NCBI GenBank assembly: GCA_002269645.1
Contig: NIVC01000773.1
Coordinates: forward strand, 387,671-424,464
Length of the DNA: 36,794 nucleotides
DNA from: Macrostomum lignano
Lineage: Eukaryota
Reading direction: 5' to 3'
Both the position numbers and the translations under genes were made by a program. Shown here in pieces: positions 10,944 to 22,900 of this stretch (within the stretch, counting starts at the first letter, position 1; each line of letters begins with the position of its first letter). Under the pieces are notes generated by a model that was not told the DNA's origin, did not search any database, and worked only from the letters and a program-made list of their open reading frames with translations.

Positions 10944-13900
10944 CCCCTCCCTCTCTCCTCCCTCTCTCCCCTCTCCCCTCTCCCCATCTCCCCTCTCTCT
11001 CCCTCTCTCCCCTCTCTCTCTCTCTCTCTCGCCCCCTCCCTCTCTCCTCCCTCTCTCCCCTCTCCCCCTCTCCCATCTCCCCTCTCTCTCCCCTCTCTCT
11101 CTCGCCCCCTCCCCCCTCTCTCCCCTCTCCCCCTCTCCCTTCCCCTCTCCCCCTCTCCCTCTCCCCCATCTCCCCCTCTCTCCCCTCTCTCCCCCTCTCT
11201 TTCTCGCCCCTCCCTCTCTCCCCCTCTCCCCTTCCCATCTCCCCTCTCTTCAATTCCTCTCTCCTTGCCCTCACCTTCTGTCTCCCTCTTCCCTCTTTTT
11301 TTCTCCCCCTCTCTCCCTCCCCTTCTCCATCATCCCTCCCCAGCAGCGCAGAGCCACAAGCCCCAGCCGATCCGCCCGCAGATGCACTGGTGGTCAGTCT
11401 GACCTCCAGAGCCATTGCCAATGCCAGAGCGGAACTTCTGTATGAACTAACGGCATCAGGTCTGCTGCAGACTCGAGTACTTTTATATGTACTTTTGTAG
11501 AGCTTAAAGTACAGCATGCTCTGAGTGTACATCGATCTGTATAAATTCTGACTTATAAAAGCAATATCTTATCAAAGTAGATTCTGTGGGCTTGGCACTG
11601 CTTCCTGTAGCTGCTTTGGTCAGCTGTTATGCGTTATGCACAGCTTCTATTTCTGTTATGCCTGCTCTTGCACAGATCTCGTGATGCAAATCTCTGCTAC
11701 TAATCCAACAAGTTCATTTTGGTGTTGCCAACCCCTCCCCGTTGAACACAGAACCTCTGACGGAGGACGACGACCTAGAAGGGATTCAAGAAGATGGTGA
11801 GCCAAATTTGCCGTTTTGAGCTTCTGTCTGATGCTTTTGGTGGAAGTCTAAGTTGTCACTGGCTGTCAATTGTCACTGGCTGTCAATTGTCACTGGCTGT
11901 CAATTGTCACTGGCTGTCAATTGTCATTGGCTGTCAATTGTCACTGACAGTCAATTGTCACTGACAGTCAATTGTCACTGGCTGTCATTTGTCACTGGCT
12001 GTCAATTGTCACTGGCAGTCTATGAAGATATTACAACGACTAAAACAATCAAATCAAAATGTTGCAGCCCGCAAACTCATTGACGCCATCACGGAACAGG
12101 CAGCTAAAAGAGTTGAAGAGCTGCATGAAGGTAGTAATCACTAAGTATAATTGCACTAAGCTACTCACAATCAGTAGTATATATCTAAGCACTACATCTA
12201 CTAAGTTAATTATAACCACGAATTTATAAATTGTCAGCATAAGTTCCTGATAAGATTTGCACGATTTTTCACCCAAATTTAAGTTTTTCAAAAACTCCTT
12301 AATTTCTCGGAATGCAATACTCTTTGTAACAACGAACATTTATTTTCTGTAGCCAACAACTTCATGCGCAGTTTAACTACTGGCAGTAGGCAAGCTTAGA
12401 ATATGCTAGTTGATTTGAACGGATAGTGAAGATTACATACTGAAAAACTAGAATGCTCTTGTCTCTTTTAATTGGACCCACAGCGCCGCAAAGTCTGTTG
12501 TCTGAAATAGCAGACACAATTGCATTTAAGTTGGAGGACCTCTGCTGGGAAGGTATGAGACACCCACAGCCCTTCACGCAGCATTATGCGTAGCCTCATT
12601 CGTAAAATGATTGATTTATAGTTTCCTAATTAACTGTCACAACTATTTTATTTGTAGTTTACCTAATAGCTTTAGTACTCAGCGAACTTTAATTCAACTT
12701 TTTTAGCTATAAACCCTTAGTTTAACCTGTTCACTGGCTCCACCTTTGAACCTTTATAGTGGGCCACCCTAATCACCGTTTTTCATACTTTCAATCAGGT
12801 GTTTGTTTCTCGAGATCAACAAAATTTAACATAGTGCCAGTGAATTTTGGCAATTCTATATACTCTATGCTACTAATAGTAGGTAGTATTGCTTACATGT
12901 AAAGCGCAATCAATGCTTATGGTTCTATAGCATAACGTCACTTTTGAATTTTGTCTTAGCTTTATTTTGGTGATTTACAATGACTCAATTAATTGTTGAT
13001 CAGACAAATGCACAGTGCGCTCTCCTAGCCAATGCTATTTTCATCCTGTACCAATTTCATTCCAGGAAACGCGGTCGGCTCCGAGAAAAAATCTGGTAAG
13101 TTTCAAATTAGCCTACTGTTAGTAGACAAGTGCGAATGCGAATCTAAAATACGAATGTTTGAATTATGAGAAGTAGAAAATGAAATTAACTTTTGCCACA
13201 ATTTTTCAACTCTTCCCCTTCAGAGCGAAGTGGCGGCCAGAAAAATGGCTTCTAAAAGCAGCAGTGTTGCCAACAGCATGGCTCTCTGCTTTATAGATAT
13301 TTTCCTTGCAAAAACTGCTATTTTCTTTCCTGTAATTTTTTTATATATTTATTTAACTAGCATGTAAATCTGAGCTCAGCTAGATAGAAAAATAGTTAAC
13401 TCAAAATAACAAATCAAGCACAGAGTTTCTGGCCTACTCAAGACGCACAACTCAAGGCATAACATTTTTTAAAGAGGTATGTTCAGCAAATTTTAAATGT
13501 AATTGACAATGTAAAACTTATAAATGCGGTAGTTTAAGAAGTGATGCATGACGCATGACGCGCAGAGGAGGTTCTGCGCACCTCGAGCCGATGCTAGTGT
13601 GGCTTGCCTAGAATTTAATGACAGCTTCGCTTTTATAATCAGTTCGTGTCAGTCTGGCATTTGTTGTGCTAAAAAATGTACGATAAAAGAGGATTAAATT
13701 TTTCTTTGAGCTTCATTTATTTTAGCCTTGGCTTTGAATGCTCAGATGAATGAGCTTAGCTTATAGGCACCGCAGTGTCGTCGTTCCGTTTTAGTTATAA
13801 TGCACTTAGAATCGGTCCTTACGACTACGAGCTAAGTCTACAGTTTATCGTAGAAAAACAGCTTTAAAAGGCTTAAATTATCTGTAAAGGAATTACCTCT

Positions 13901-16900
13901 AAGTTTAATACAATTAATATTAAATGAACAACGAATTTTTGGCCCTCTAATTTAATCGCTCGAATCCCTCGAAGTTCAAACAGAGCAGATAAGCAGATAT
14001 CCTAGTCGAGAAAGAGATAAAACATGATAAGATAAAAAGATAAGCTGGGTGACAATAGGGGTTTTGAGGGGGGTTCCTTTGAGGGGTAGAAAGGAGTAGG
14101 ACACTTAAAATGTACACACAAAACAGAGGGTCGCGGCTGAATGTACATTTGTGCGTGTACATAGAAAGAAACAAAACTTGCCCGACTTCGGCAAGCGGGG
14201 AAGGAAAAAAACGGGGTGTTAAGCTGGGCGGTTTTGGGCTTTACGTTGTCCGCTTTTATGTACATTAGGAGTGTCTGTTGACGCAAAGATGTACGAGCGT
14301 ATCGATCGCAAAGGGGGCCATCACAAGCTCGAAAAATCAAATCGTCGAAAACTGATTTAGCAACCACTCACAAGCTCGAATAGGGTTGGGGTTAGAGCTT
14401 GTGCCTTTAGGGTTAGGGTTAGGTTAGGGTTGGGGTTAGGGTTAGAGCTTGGGGTTAGGGTTAGAGCTTGGGGTTAGGGTTAGAGCTTGGGGTTAGGGTT
14501 AGAGCTTGGGGTTAGGGTTAGAGCTTGGGGTTAGGGTTAGAGCTTGTGCCTTTTCGAGCTTGTGCCTTTTCGAGCTTGTGATGGTGGTTGCTAAATCAGT
14601 TTTCGACGATGTGATTTTTCGAGCTTATGATGGCGACCCATAGCAAATACACGGAATCAGTGCAGTCTACATTTACAAATTGTATTTAGAATATTCTAGA
14701 ATAAGAATTCTAGAAGGGAAATCCGCGGGTTTTCTATTTTTAGACTGCAGGCCTCCATCTAGACCGTGTTTTTTATTTAGTGGAATCCCATCTCGTCCGT
14801 TGCAATGCTCTGCCCGAATGGGTTATAACATCTCTCACTCTCGCTTGTACAGCAAGAAATTCCAAGCTTGGCTTTTAACGAGAGTATAAAGGAAAGCCCA
14901 GAAGTGAAAAGGAGTTTAAAAAAACCGGAACCAGGGCATTGAAGAATGCCTTTGATAATTTGCATAGTAATCTGCTAATAAATATAACAACAAAAGCTGG
15001 TAGACAAAGTGCAGGAAACCAATTATCAGCAAGCATCTCCCCCATCTACCAGACAGCAACTGGCAGCTGACACTCAGCAGCGGGGAGAAAGGCTGCCAAC
15101 CGGACACTGAGATCTCGCTGGTCATCTGCGGAGATCGCGGCGAATCTGACGTCTACGAGATCAAGAAGGCGAAGCAGCGACTGCGCCTGTTCCCCGACTG
15201 CGACATGGAGTTCCCGCTGCGGCTGGTGCGGAGTCAGATTGGCGAGCTGTACAAACTGCGGCTGCAGATGTCCGAGTCTGCGGTGACGAGTGGTTTGTTA
15301 AAGAGGTGAGTCGGCTGCTGTTTGATGCCGCTTGCAGCTTCGCACAAATAGTTCAACTGTACTTTGATCTTTTTTACCTGCTTCACAGATCACCTTGGAG
15401 CACCTGACGCCGGACTTTGAGCTGCTGCGGTGCCCGGTGAACCGCTGGTTCTCGCGACTTCGCGAGCCGTTCGAGGTAGTGCACGAAGTGCTGCTAATTG
15501 AGCACTTAAAAGGTAAAAACTTATGCTTTACCTGTTCGCAGAATTGGATTGCTTTTTGAATTTTGAATTTCAACTTCTGAGGGGAATCCCACCTAAATAG
15601 GAATAGGAAACCCCATTAAATAGGAATGGAATCTCACCTAAATAGGAATGGGAAACTCCATTTAAAAAGGAACAGGGAATCCCACCTCAATAGGAATGGG
15701 GAATCCCACCTAACTATGAATGGGGAATCCCACCTAACTATGAATGGGGAATTCCATCCCAATAGGAAAGCGGAATCCCACCCACCCAGGAATGGGGAAT
15801 CTCTCTTGCATAAATCTCATGGCGAATCGAAGCGCAAATCCCATCTGTTCCCCAGCAATTGAACGCCTCCCAAAGCCCTAAGATCCGACAATGAGCCCCG
15901 CAACCCGCTCCCCGCACCCAGTGGTCACCTATCGGGTCAGCATCTCCAGCCAGCGCGCCCCCAGTGCCTCGGCGCGCCCATTCATTCAACTCTGCGGCAG
16001 CGCCGGCCACTCCGGAGCGCGCCGCCTCCACCGCCGCCGTCCCGTCGAGGACGCGGCTGACTCCGCTGCAGCAGCCACTGCGACCGTGGACGCAACGGCG
16101 AGCTTCGCCCTGAGCTGCGTGAGCCTCGGCGAGCTCAACAAGATCCGCGTCGGACTTGAATCTCCGGCAGACTCGGACGCTTGGATCTTCGACCTGGTGA
16201 CGGTCGAGGAGGAAGGGACTGCTAAGCAGTGGAGCTTCTGCAACAGTCTCGAGCTCTACCCTACTCAGGCGTCCGTGACTCTCGAACCGCTGGGACCAGC
16301 CGGGTCAGTTGAAGGCCTTCGCCCGGTGGACTGGCTGGTGGAGCTGCAGGTGTCGCTGGAATCAGGCCAGCATCAGACTGGCCAGCTGTTTTTGGCGCTG
16401 TATGGAGAGCGCGGCCACACCAGGGACGTCTGCTTGAATCCGGACGGCGGCCAGGTGCTGCGGTGCGGGGAGCGGCAGGTTCGTTGCTGCATCTCTGGAT
16501 GGCGTTCCGGGGTTTTCGACAGTCTGAGGCGAGAGACTGGGCTTTATTGAGTTGCCAGAGAGAGTCTGGGCTAGCGTGAGAGAGTCTGGGCTACTGTGTT
16601 AGAGTCTGGGCTACTGTGTTAGAGTCTGGGGTAGCTTGAGAGTCTGGGCTAGCGTGAGAGAGTCAGGGCTAGCGTGAGAGAGTCAGGGCTAGCGTGAGAG
16701 TGTCTGGGCTAGCGTGAGAGTGTCAGGGCTAGCGTGAGAGAGTCTGGGCTAGCGTGAGAGTGTCTGGGCTAGCGTGAGAGTGTCAGGGCTAGCGTGAGAG
16801 AGTCTGGGCTAGCGTGAGAGAGTCAGGGCTAGCGTGAGAGAGTCAGGGCTAGCGTGAGAGCTGAGGCAAATCATTCGCGCACGCCCAACTAAAATTTTCA

Positions 16901-19900
16901 GAGCTTCAACCTACGCCTGTCGAATGTTGGCAAGCTGACAAAAGTTCGGCTCTCAGCCCAGGCCGATCACCATTGGGACAACTGTCTGCTGAGCTCGCTC
17001 AGCCTCACCGACCAGTCAGATGATTCGTCATCAACGCCGCTCGTGAGTGCCGCGCTGAACTGCAGATTCGGTCGCGAGCCGGACGCCCTGCTGTGCAAGG
17101 AGATCCCCCTGTTGCCGGGTGACTCCACTCGGCTGTACTTTGTGTACATCCGGCCCGGCCAGGAGTTCGGCACCGCCACTGATGCGAACTTTTTTGTCGA
17201 CGTGCACGGCGAGCGCGGCAACACCGGCCGGCGGGCGCTGCTGTTGGAGTCTTCGCCAGCCGATAGCGGCGGCGGTGGAGGCCGCTGGTTCACCCACGGG
17301 GCTACGCGAGTGTTCAGAGTTGAGGCGGCCGATCTGGGTCAGATCGAGGCGGTGATCTTCGGCTTGCTGGTGGGGCCGGAGCAGCAGCCAGCAGCAGCAG
17401 CCAGGTCCGGATGCGGGATCTTCTTAGACAGAATCGCCGTGTGCGAGCAGGGCTCAGACCTGCTGGCCACGTTCCCGAGCGGCCGCTGGCTGGAGAGCTC
17501 CTTAGGGGACACTCAGGTGAGACGGGCTGCTGCTACTACTAACTAGTAGCGAGTAGTGAGCTCATTAAACATTGGGGCCTGAGCAGTTGTCCATTTAGCA
17601 TTGGAGTCTGGGCGCCTGTCCATTGAGCCGTGGAGTCTGGGCGCCTGTCCATTGAGCCTTGAAATCTTAGCACCTGTCCATTGATCATTGGAGTCGAGCA
17701 TCTGTCCATTGAGCATTAGAATCTGAGCACCTGTCCATTGATCATTGGAATCTGAGCACCTGTCCATTGAGCATTAGAATCTGAGCATCTGTCCATTGAT
17801 CATTGGAATCTGAGCAACTGTCCATTGAGCATTAGAATCTGAGCACCTGTCCATTGATCATTGGAATCTGAGCATCTGTCCATTGAGCATTAGAATCTGA
17901 GCATCTGTCCATTGATCATTGGAATCTGAGCACCTGTCCATTGAGCATTAGAATCTGAGCACCTGTCCATTGAGCATTAGAATCTGAGCACCTGTCCATT
18001 GATCATTGGAATCTGAGCAACTGTCCATTGATCATTGGAATCTGAGCAACTGTCCATTGATCATTGGAATCTGAGCAACTGTCCATTGATCATTGGAATC
18101 TGAGCACCTGTCCATTGAGCCTTGTAGTCTGAGCACCTGTCCATTGAGCATTAGAATCTGAGCACCTGTCCATTGATCATTGGAATCTGAGCAACTGTCC
18201 ATTGAGCATTAGAATCTGAGCACCTGTCCATTGATAATTTGAGTCTGAGCAACTGTCCATTGATAATTTGAGTCTGAGCAACTGTCCATTGATAATTTGA
18301 GTCTGAGCAACTGTCCATTGATAATTTGAGTCTGAGCAACTATCCATTGAGCCTTGGAGTCTGACCGCCTGTCCATCGAGCCTTGGAATCTGAGCACCTG
18401 TCTATTTAGCATTGGAGTCTGAGCAATAGCCTTTGTACCTTGGCGCGAAACCCGCTGCCACTCTTCCAGGTGCACCTGAAATCGCCTGAGCTGCTGCACC
18501 GAAGTGAGACGGAGCCGCAGGTGGACAGCTCGGCCGGCCCGGCTGTCCTGCGGCTCCGCACCAGCCGAGGCAGCTCGTCGACCTTCCGCGGCCCGGTGTG
18601 GGTCACCTGCTTTGGCAGCAAAGGCAGCTCGCGGACTCAGCGACTGTCGGTGCGGGAGTCCGGCAAAGATTTCTCACCTGGCCAGGAGGCCGAGTTCCGC
18701 CTTGACCTGGACGGAGCCGGCCGGCTGGCCTTTGTCCGGCTGGAGGTAAACTCGGACGCGTCCGACTGGGAGCTGGCCGCCCTCACGCTGCGCTCGGCCG
18801 GCAACTGGCTGGAGACGGCCATCAACACGGTCAACGCCACGCTGCGCCGGTGGCCGAACCACCGCTTCGGGCTCAGCAGCTGCCTGGACGTCTCGCTGAC
18901 ACCTGGCCTGCTGCACGTGGACTATTATGTCGGCCTGCGGTGCCGCCGCACCGGCGACCTGCAGCAGCAGCGGCGGCGGCGTCGACAGCGTCAGCTTCGC
19001 CTGGAAATCGAGGGCCGGGGATTTTCCAGCGGCGCCCGGCTGTTGAGCCGCTCGCTGGCCGGCCAGGAGCTCCGGACGGCGGCGGCGACATCCTCGACGA
19101 CGCAGCTGCACGCCTTCCTGGTGCGCAGCGTCCACCTGGGCTGGCTGACTGGAGTGCGCTTCAGTCTGGAGACTGAGCAGGGGGAGCCAGAGGTCACGGC
19201 GGCGGCGGCCAACCGGGTCGCTTCCGCGGCGACTGGAAGCATCAGCGGTGGCAACTCGGAGGCCGATGATGAGGAGTGGCAGTTCGAGGAGGTAAGTCGG
19301 TGCTGCATGCATCAAACTGCAGTCAGTCTGTTCGCATTGGGAGTTTTTGGGCCCTGACATTCTTGTCATCAGACATGTTGAGAAATGTACACATGTACAT
19401 AAGACATGTACACACTAGCTCTGTCTTGTGGGCTGGGCCTCATGGGCATGGGTCTCATAACTGGCCTCTACTCAATAGGCAGGGGGCCCTACTCAAGAGA
19501 CAGGGGGCCCTACTCAACAGACAGGGGTCCTACTCAACAGACAGGGGTCCTACTTAAGAGACAGGGGTCCTAATCAAGAGACAGGGGTCCTACTCAACAG
19601 ACAGGGGTCCTACTCAAGAGACAGGGGTCCTACTCAACAGACAGGGGTCCTACTCAAGAGACAGGGGTCCTACTCAAGAGACAGGTAGACCTAGCTAGTC
19701 AAGAGACGTACCAAGGGACGCGGGCACACACCAAGACATCCCATTGAATTCCTGTTGCCTCCCATTGCCAGGTGCTCGTCCGTCCTGGCCTGTTCAACCT
19801 CGCCGAGCTCAGCTTCGTCAGCGGCGACGCCGACTGTCGGTTGAGCGCCACCCAGCCGGACATCCGTCTGGGACCTCCGCAACGGACCGCGGCAAGCGCC

Positions 19901-22900
19901 GCCCTCACTGCAGCGGCGACCGCGGCCTCCGCCTTCCCAGCCAGCAGTGGCCGCTACCGGCTGGCTCTCCGGCTCGGCCACTCAGCCGCGACCTCATCGA
20001 CAACGCCGATGCCCGGGACGACTCCGTCGCCTGCGCCTTCGTCACCGTCGGCTGGAAAATCTGGCGACAAAGGCGACGCAGACAATCTGGGTGGCTGCTG
20101 CCTGTCCCTGACGCTGCACGGCAGCCTCGGCACCAGCGGGCCGCACCGACTGCACGAGCCCGGCCGCCTGCCAGCCGCTGGTGAGCAGCTGCAGCTCGCC
20201 TCAGTCGGCTCCGGCGGCTTCGGCGACCTCGGCAAGATCAGCCTGCAGCTGGACTCGCACCGGCCTGAAGACCAGGTGCACCTGGCCTCGCTGCGGCTCT
20301 CGGATCTGGAGCAGCCGCTCGACTTTTTCTTCCCGCTGGACTGCAGCCTGGAGGCCGGGCAGCAGGCCGAGTTCAACGCCTCGAGGCCGGGCGTGCCGCA
20401 GGCGGTGTCGCTTGACTACCGGGTCAGCCTGCGGCTCGGCTCGGCCAGGAACTGCGGCTCATCGGCGGTGACCTCGATGAGGATCGTGCTGCACGGCGAT
20501 CTTGGCTCCTCGGCGCCCGGCCGCCTGCTGAACCTGCGCCTGCTGCCCGGACAGACCGTCAGCCGCAATGTCCGCTGCCTGTCCGTCGGCCACCTGCACT
20601 CCGTCACGATCGGGCACGAGCAGCGCGGCGGCGGCCAGGGCGTCTATCTGGACTCCGTCAGCGTGAGCTGGCGCGATCGGGCACCAGAAAGCCGGCGGTT
20701 CCGCTGCCAGCGATGGCTGGACAGCGCCTGGGGCGACGGACAGACTCAGGCTACGCTGACGGACTCGGCGGAGAGCTCGGATGGGGAGAAGAAGCAGCCG
20801 GGCGACCTGCTGTACGAGCTGGAGGTGCACGCCGAGCCGCTGCAGCGACTGCAGGTTTGAATTTTCCACAGAGGATTTCCTTTGGGGGATTTTCCACAGG
20901 GGATTTCCGTTGGGGGATTTTCCACTGGGGATTTCCGTTGGAGTATTTTCCACATGGGATTTCTGTTGGGGGATTTTCCATAGGGGATTTCCGTTGGAGG
21001 GTTTTCTACAGGGTATTTCCGATGGGAGATTTTCTACAGGAATTTCCGATGGGGGATTTTCCGCAGGGGATTTTCATTGGGGGATTTTTCACTTTGGATT
21101 TCCGTTAGGGGATTTTCCACAGGGGATTTCCGTTGGTGGATTTTCCACAGGGGATTTCCGTTAGGGGATTTTCCACAGGGGATTTCCGTTGGTGGATTTT
21201 CCACAGGGGATTTTTCGCACGGGATTTCCGTTGGAGAATTTTTCATAGGGAATTTCTGTTGGGGGATTCCCCCCCCGTTGGATTTCCTTTCTGGGGTCTC
21301 CGAACGAGGGGATTCCTCAGTCCAAGGTGACGGATTCCCGCAGGCCAGTCGAGGACTTCGCGTTCGGCTGCACCCCAACGCCAAAGACGACGCGGCAACG
21401 GCGGCAACCGCCGATTCGTTGCCAGCCGCGCCGCTAAAGCGACACCAACTACAGGTCGACGACGTCAACGATTCGCAACGGCAGCGCTGCCTGTACACCT
21501 TCCGGTACCCACAGCTGCCCCGTGTGGCCGCCCTCAGCCTGTGGGAGGACAGCGAAGACTTCGAAGACGAGGACAAAGGAGGCGAAGTCACCGACATCGA
21601 CGGAGTTGAAGAGGCGGCGGCGGCGGAGGCCGTCACGTCAACCCCGCTGGCCGTGACGCGGCTACGACTGCTGCAGGACCATCGCGACCGGTTCGCCTTC
21701 GTGTGCAGCCGGCCTGCGCAGCTGCGGGTGGGCGGCGGGCCGCCAACTCGCTTCGCCCTGCTGGCGGTGCCGACCTACCCGGAGGCGGACAACGGCGGCA
21801 GCGGCACGAGAGAGTCGCGCGGTCGGTGGCGAGTTCGAATCGAGTCCGAGCTGACAGTCGAGTCGCAGCAGCCGCCGGCTGTCTGGGCGGCGCTCGTGAC
21901 GCCAGAGGACGGCGAGTCCAGCAGGCAGCGGCTGGGCGGCTTCCGCGGCGACGGCGTCGAAGACTTCGAGCTGAAGTTCGAGAACGCGCCGGACTGCTCC
22001 GACGGGGTTTACAAAGTCCGACTGGGTCTGGAGCTGCCTGTGGATGGCGAAGGAGGCGACGGTGCTGCGGGTGCCGCTGCATTCGCGTGGCGACCGAGAA
22101 AGGTTTGCGGGTCATTGGGTGTGGAGTCCAAAAGTGTCAGGGGGTCCAAAACTGTCAGGGGGTCCAAAACTGTCAGGGGGTCCAAAACTGTCAGGGGGTC
22201 CAAAACTGTCAGGGGGTCCAAAAGTGTCAGGGGTACAAAAGTGTCAGGGGGTCCAAAAGTTTCAGGGGCTCCAAAAGTGTCTGGGGGTCCTCAAACTGTC
22301 AGAGAAGGTCAAATAGTGTCAGAGGGTCCAGAAGTGTTAGAGGTGTTACGAGGTCCAATATTATCATTGTCATAAAGTGCCAAAATCAGTGTCAGGGGGG
22401 GCGGCTTAAAATTTAGGAGTAGTCAAGACGAAAGTCTGTAATCATTGTAGATTTTAGTCCATCACTTACGAAATCATTTTTATTTTACTCTACTAGCAGT
22501 AGAAATCATAAAAATTTTCATGTATAAATGTAAAAATAATTAATTTTTTTAATACTCTACTTATAGTAGAAATATACGAGTACTGAAAAGCCGTATGAAC
22601 AAAATTAAGTAAAATTGAATTTTTACTATGATATCCTACTTGTGCACACTTCAAACATTTTTATTTCACCGCTTAGCTGACATTCCAAGACCTGGACACC
22701 GAGGCCAGCTTCGAGTCCGCTGTGCAACTGCCCGAACCTGCCAGCGGCCTGCGGCCAGGCAACTGCCTGGAGATTCAAGCCGACTGGCCGGGAGCCCTGC
22801 TGCTGCCCGCCGCGGTGTACCTGGTGCGGCTCGTCCCGCTGGCCGATGACTTGCCGGGGCCGCCGACCGTCTGGCTGCAGCTGTTCGGCGAGGACGTCGA

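Noticed and set aside
14381-14550. True telomere or chromosome-fusion scar
   Set aside because: TTAGGG units are few, interleaved with element-derived GAGCTT, in one orientation and enclosed by inverted arms.
8055-22500. Numerous antisense and alternative-frame ORFs over GC-rich PLAT exons (e.g. 8055-8831, 18674-19369, 21034-21636)
   Set aside because: Expected shadow ORFs of GC-rich coding sequence; low-complexity Arg/Ala/Pro peptides with no domain signal.
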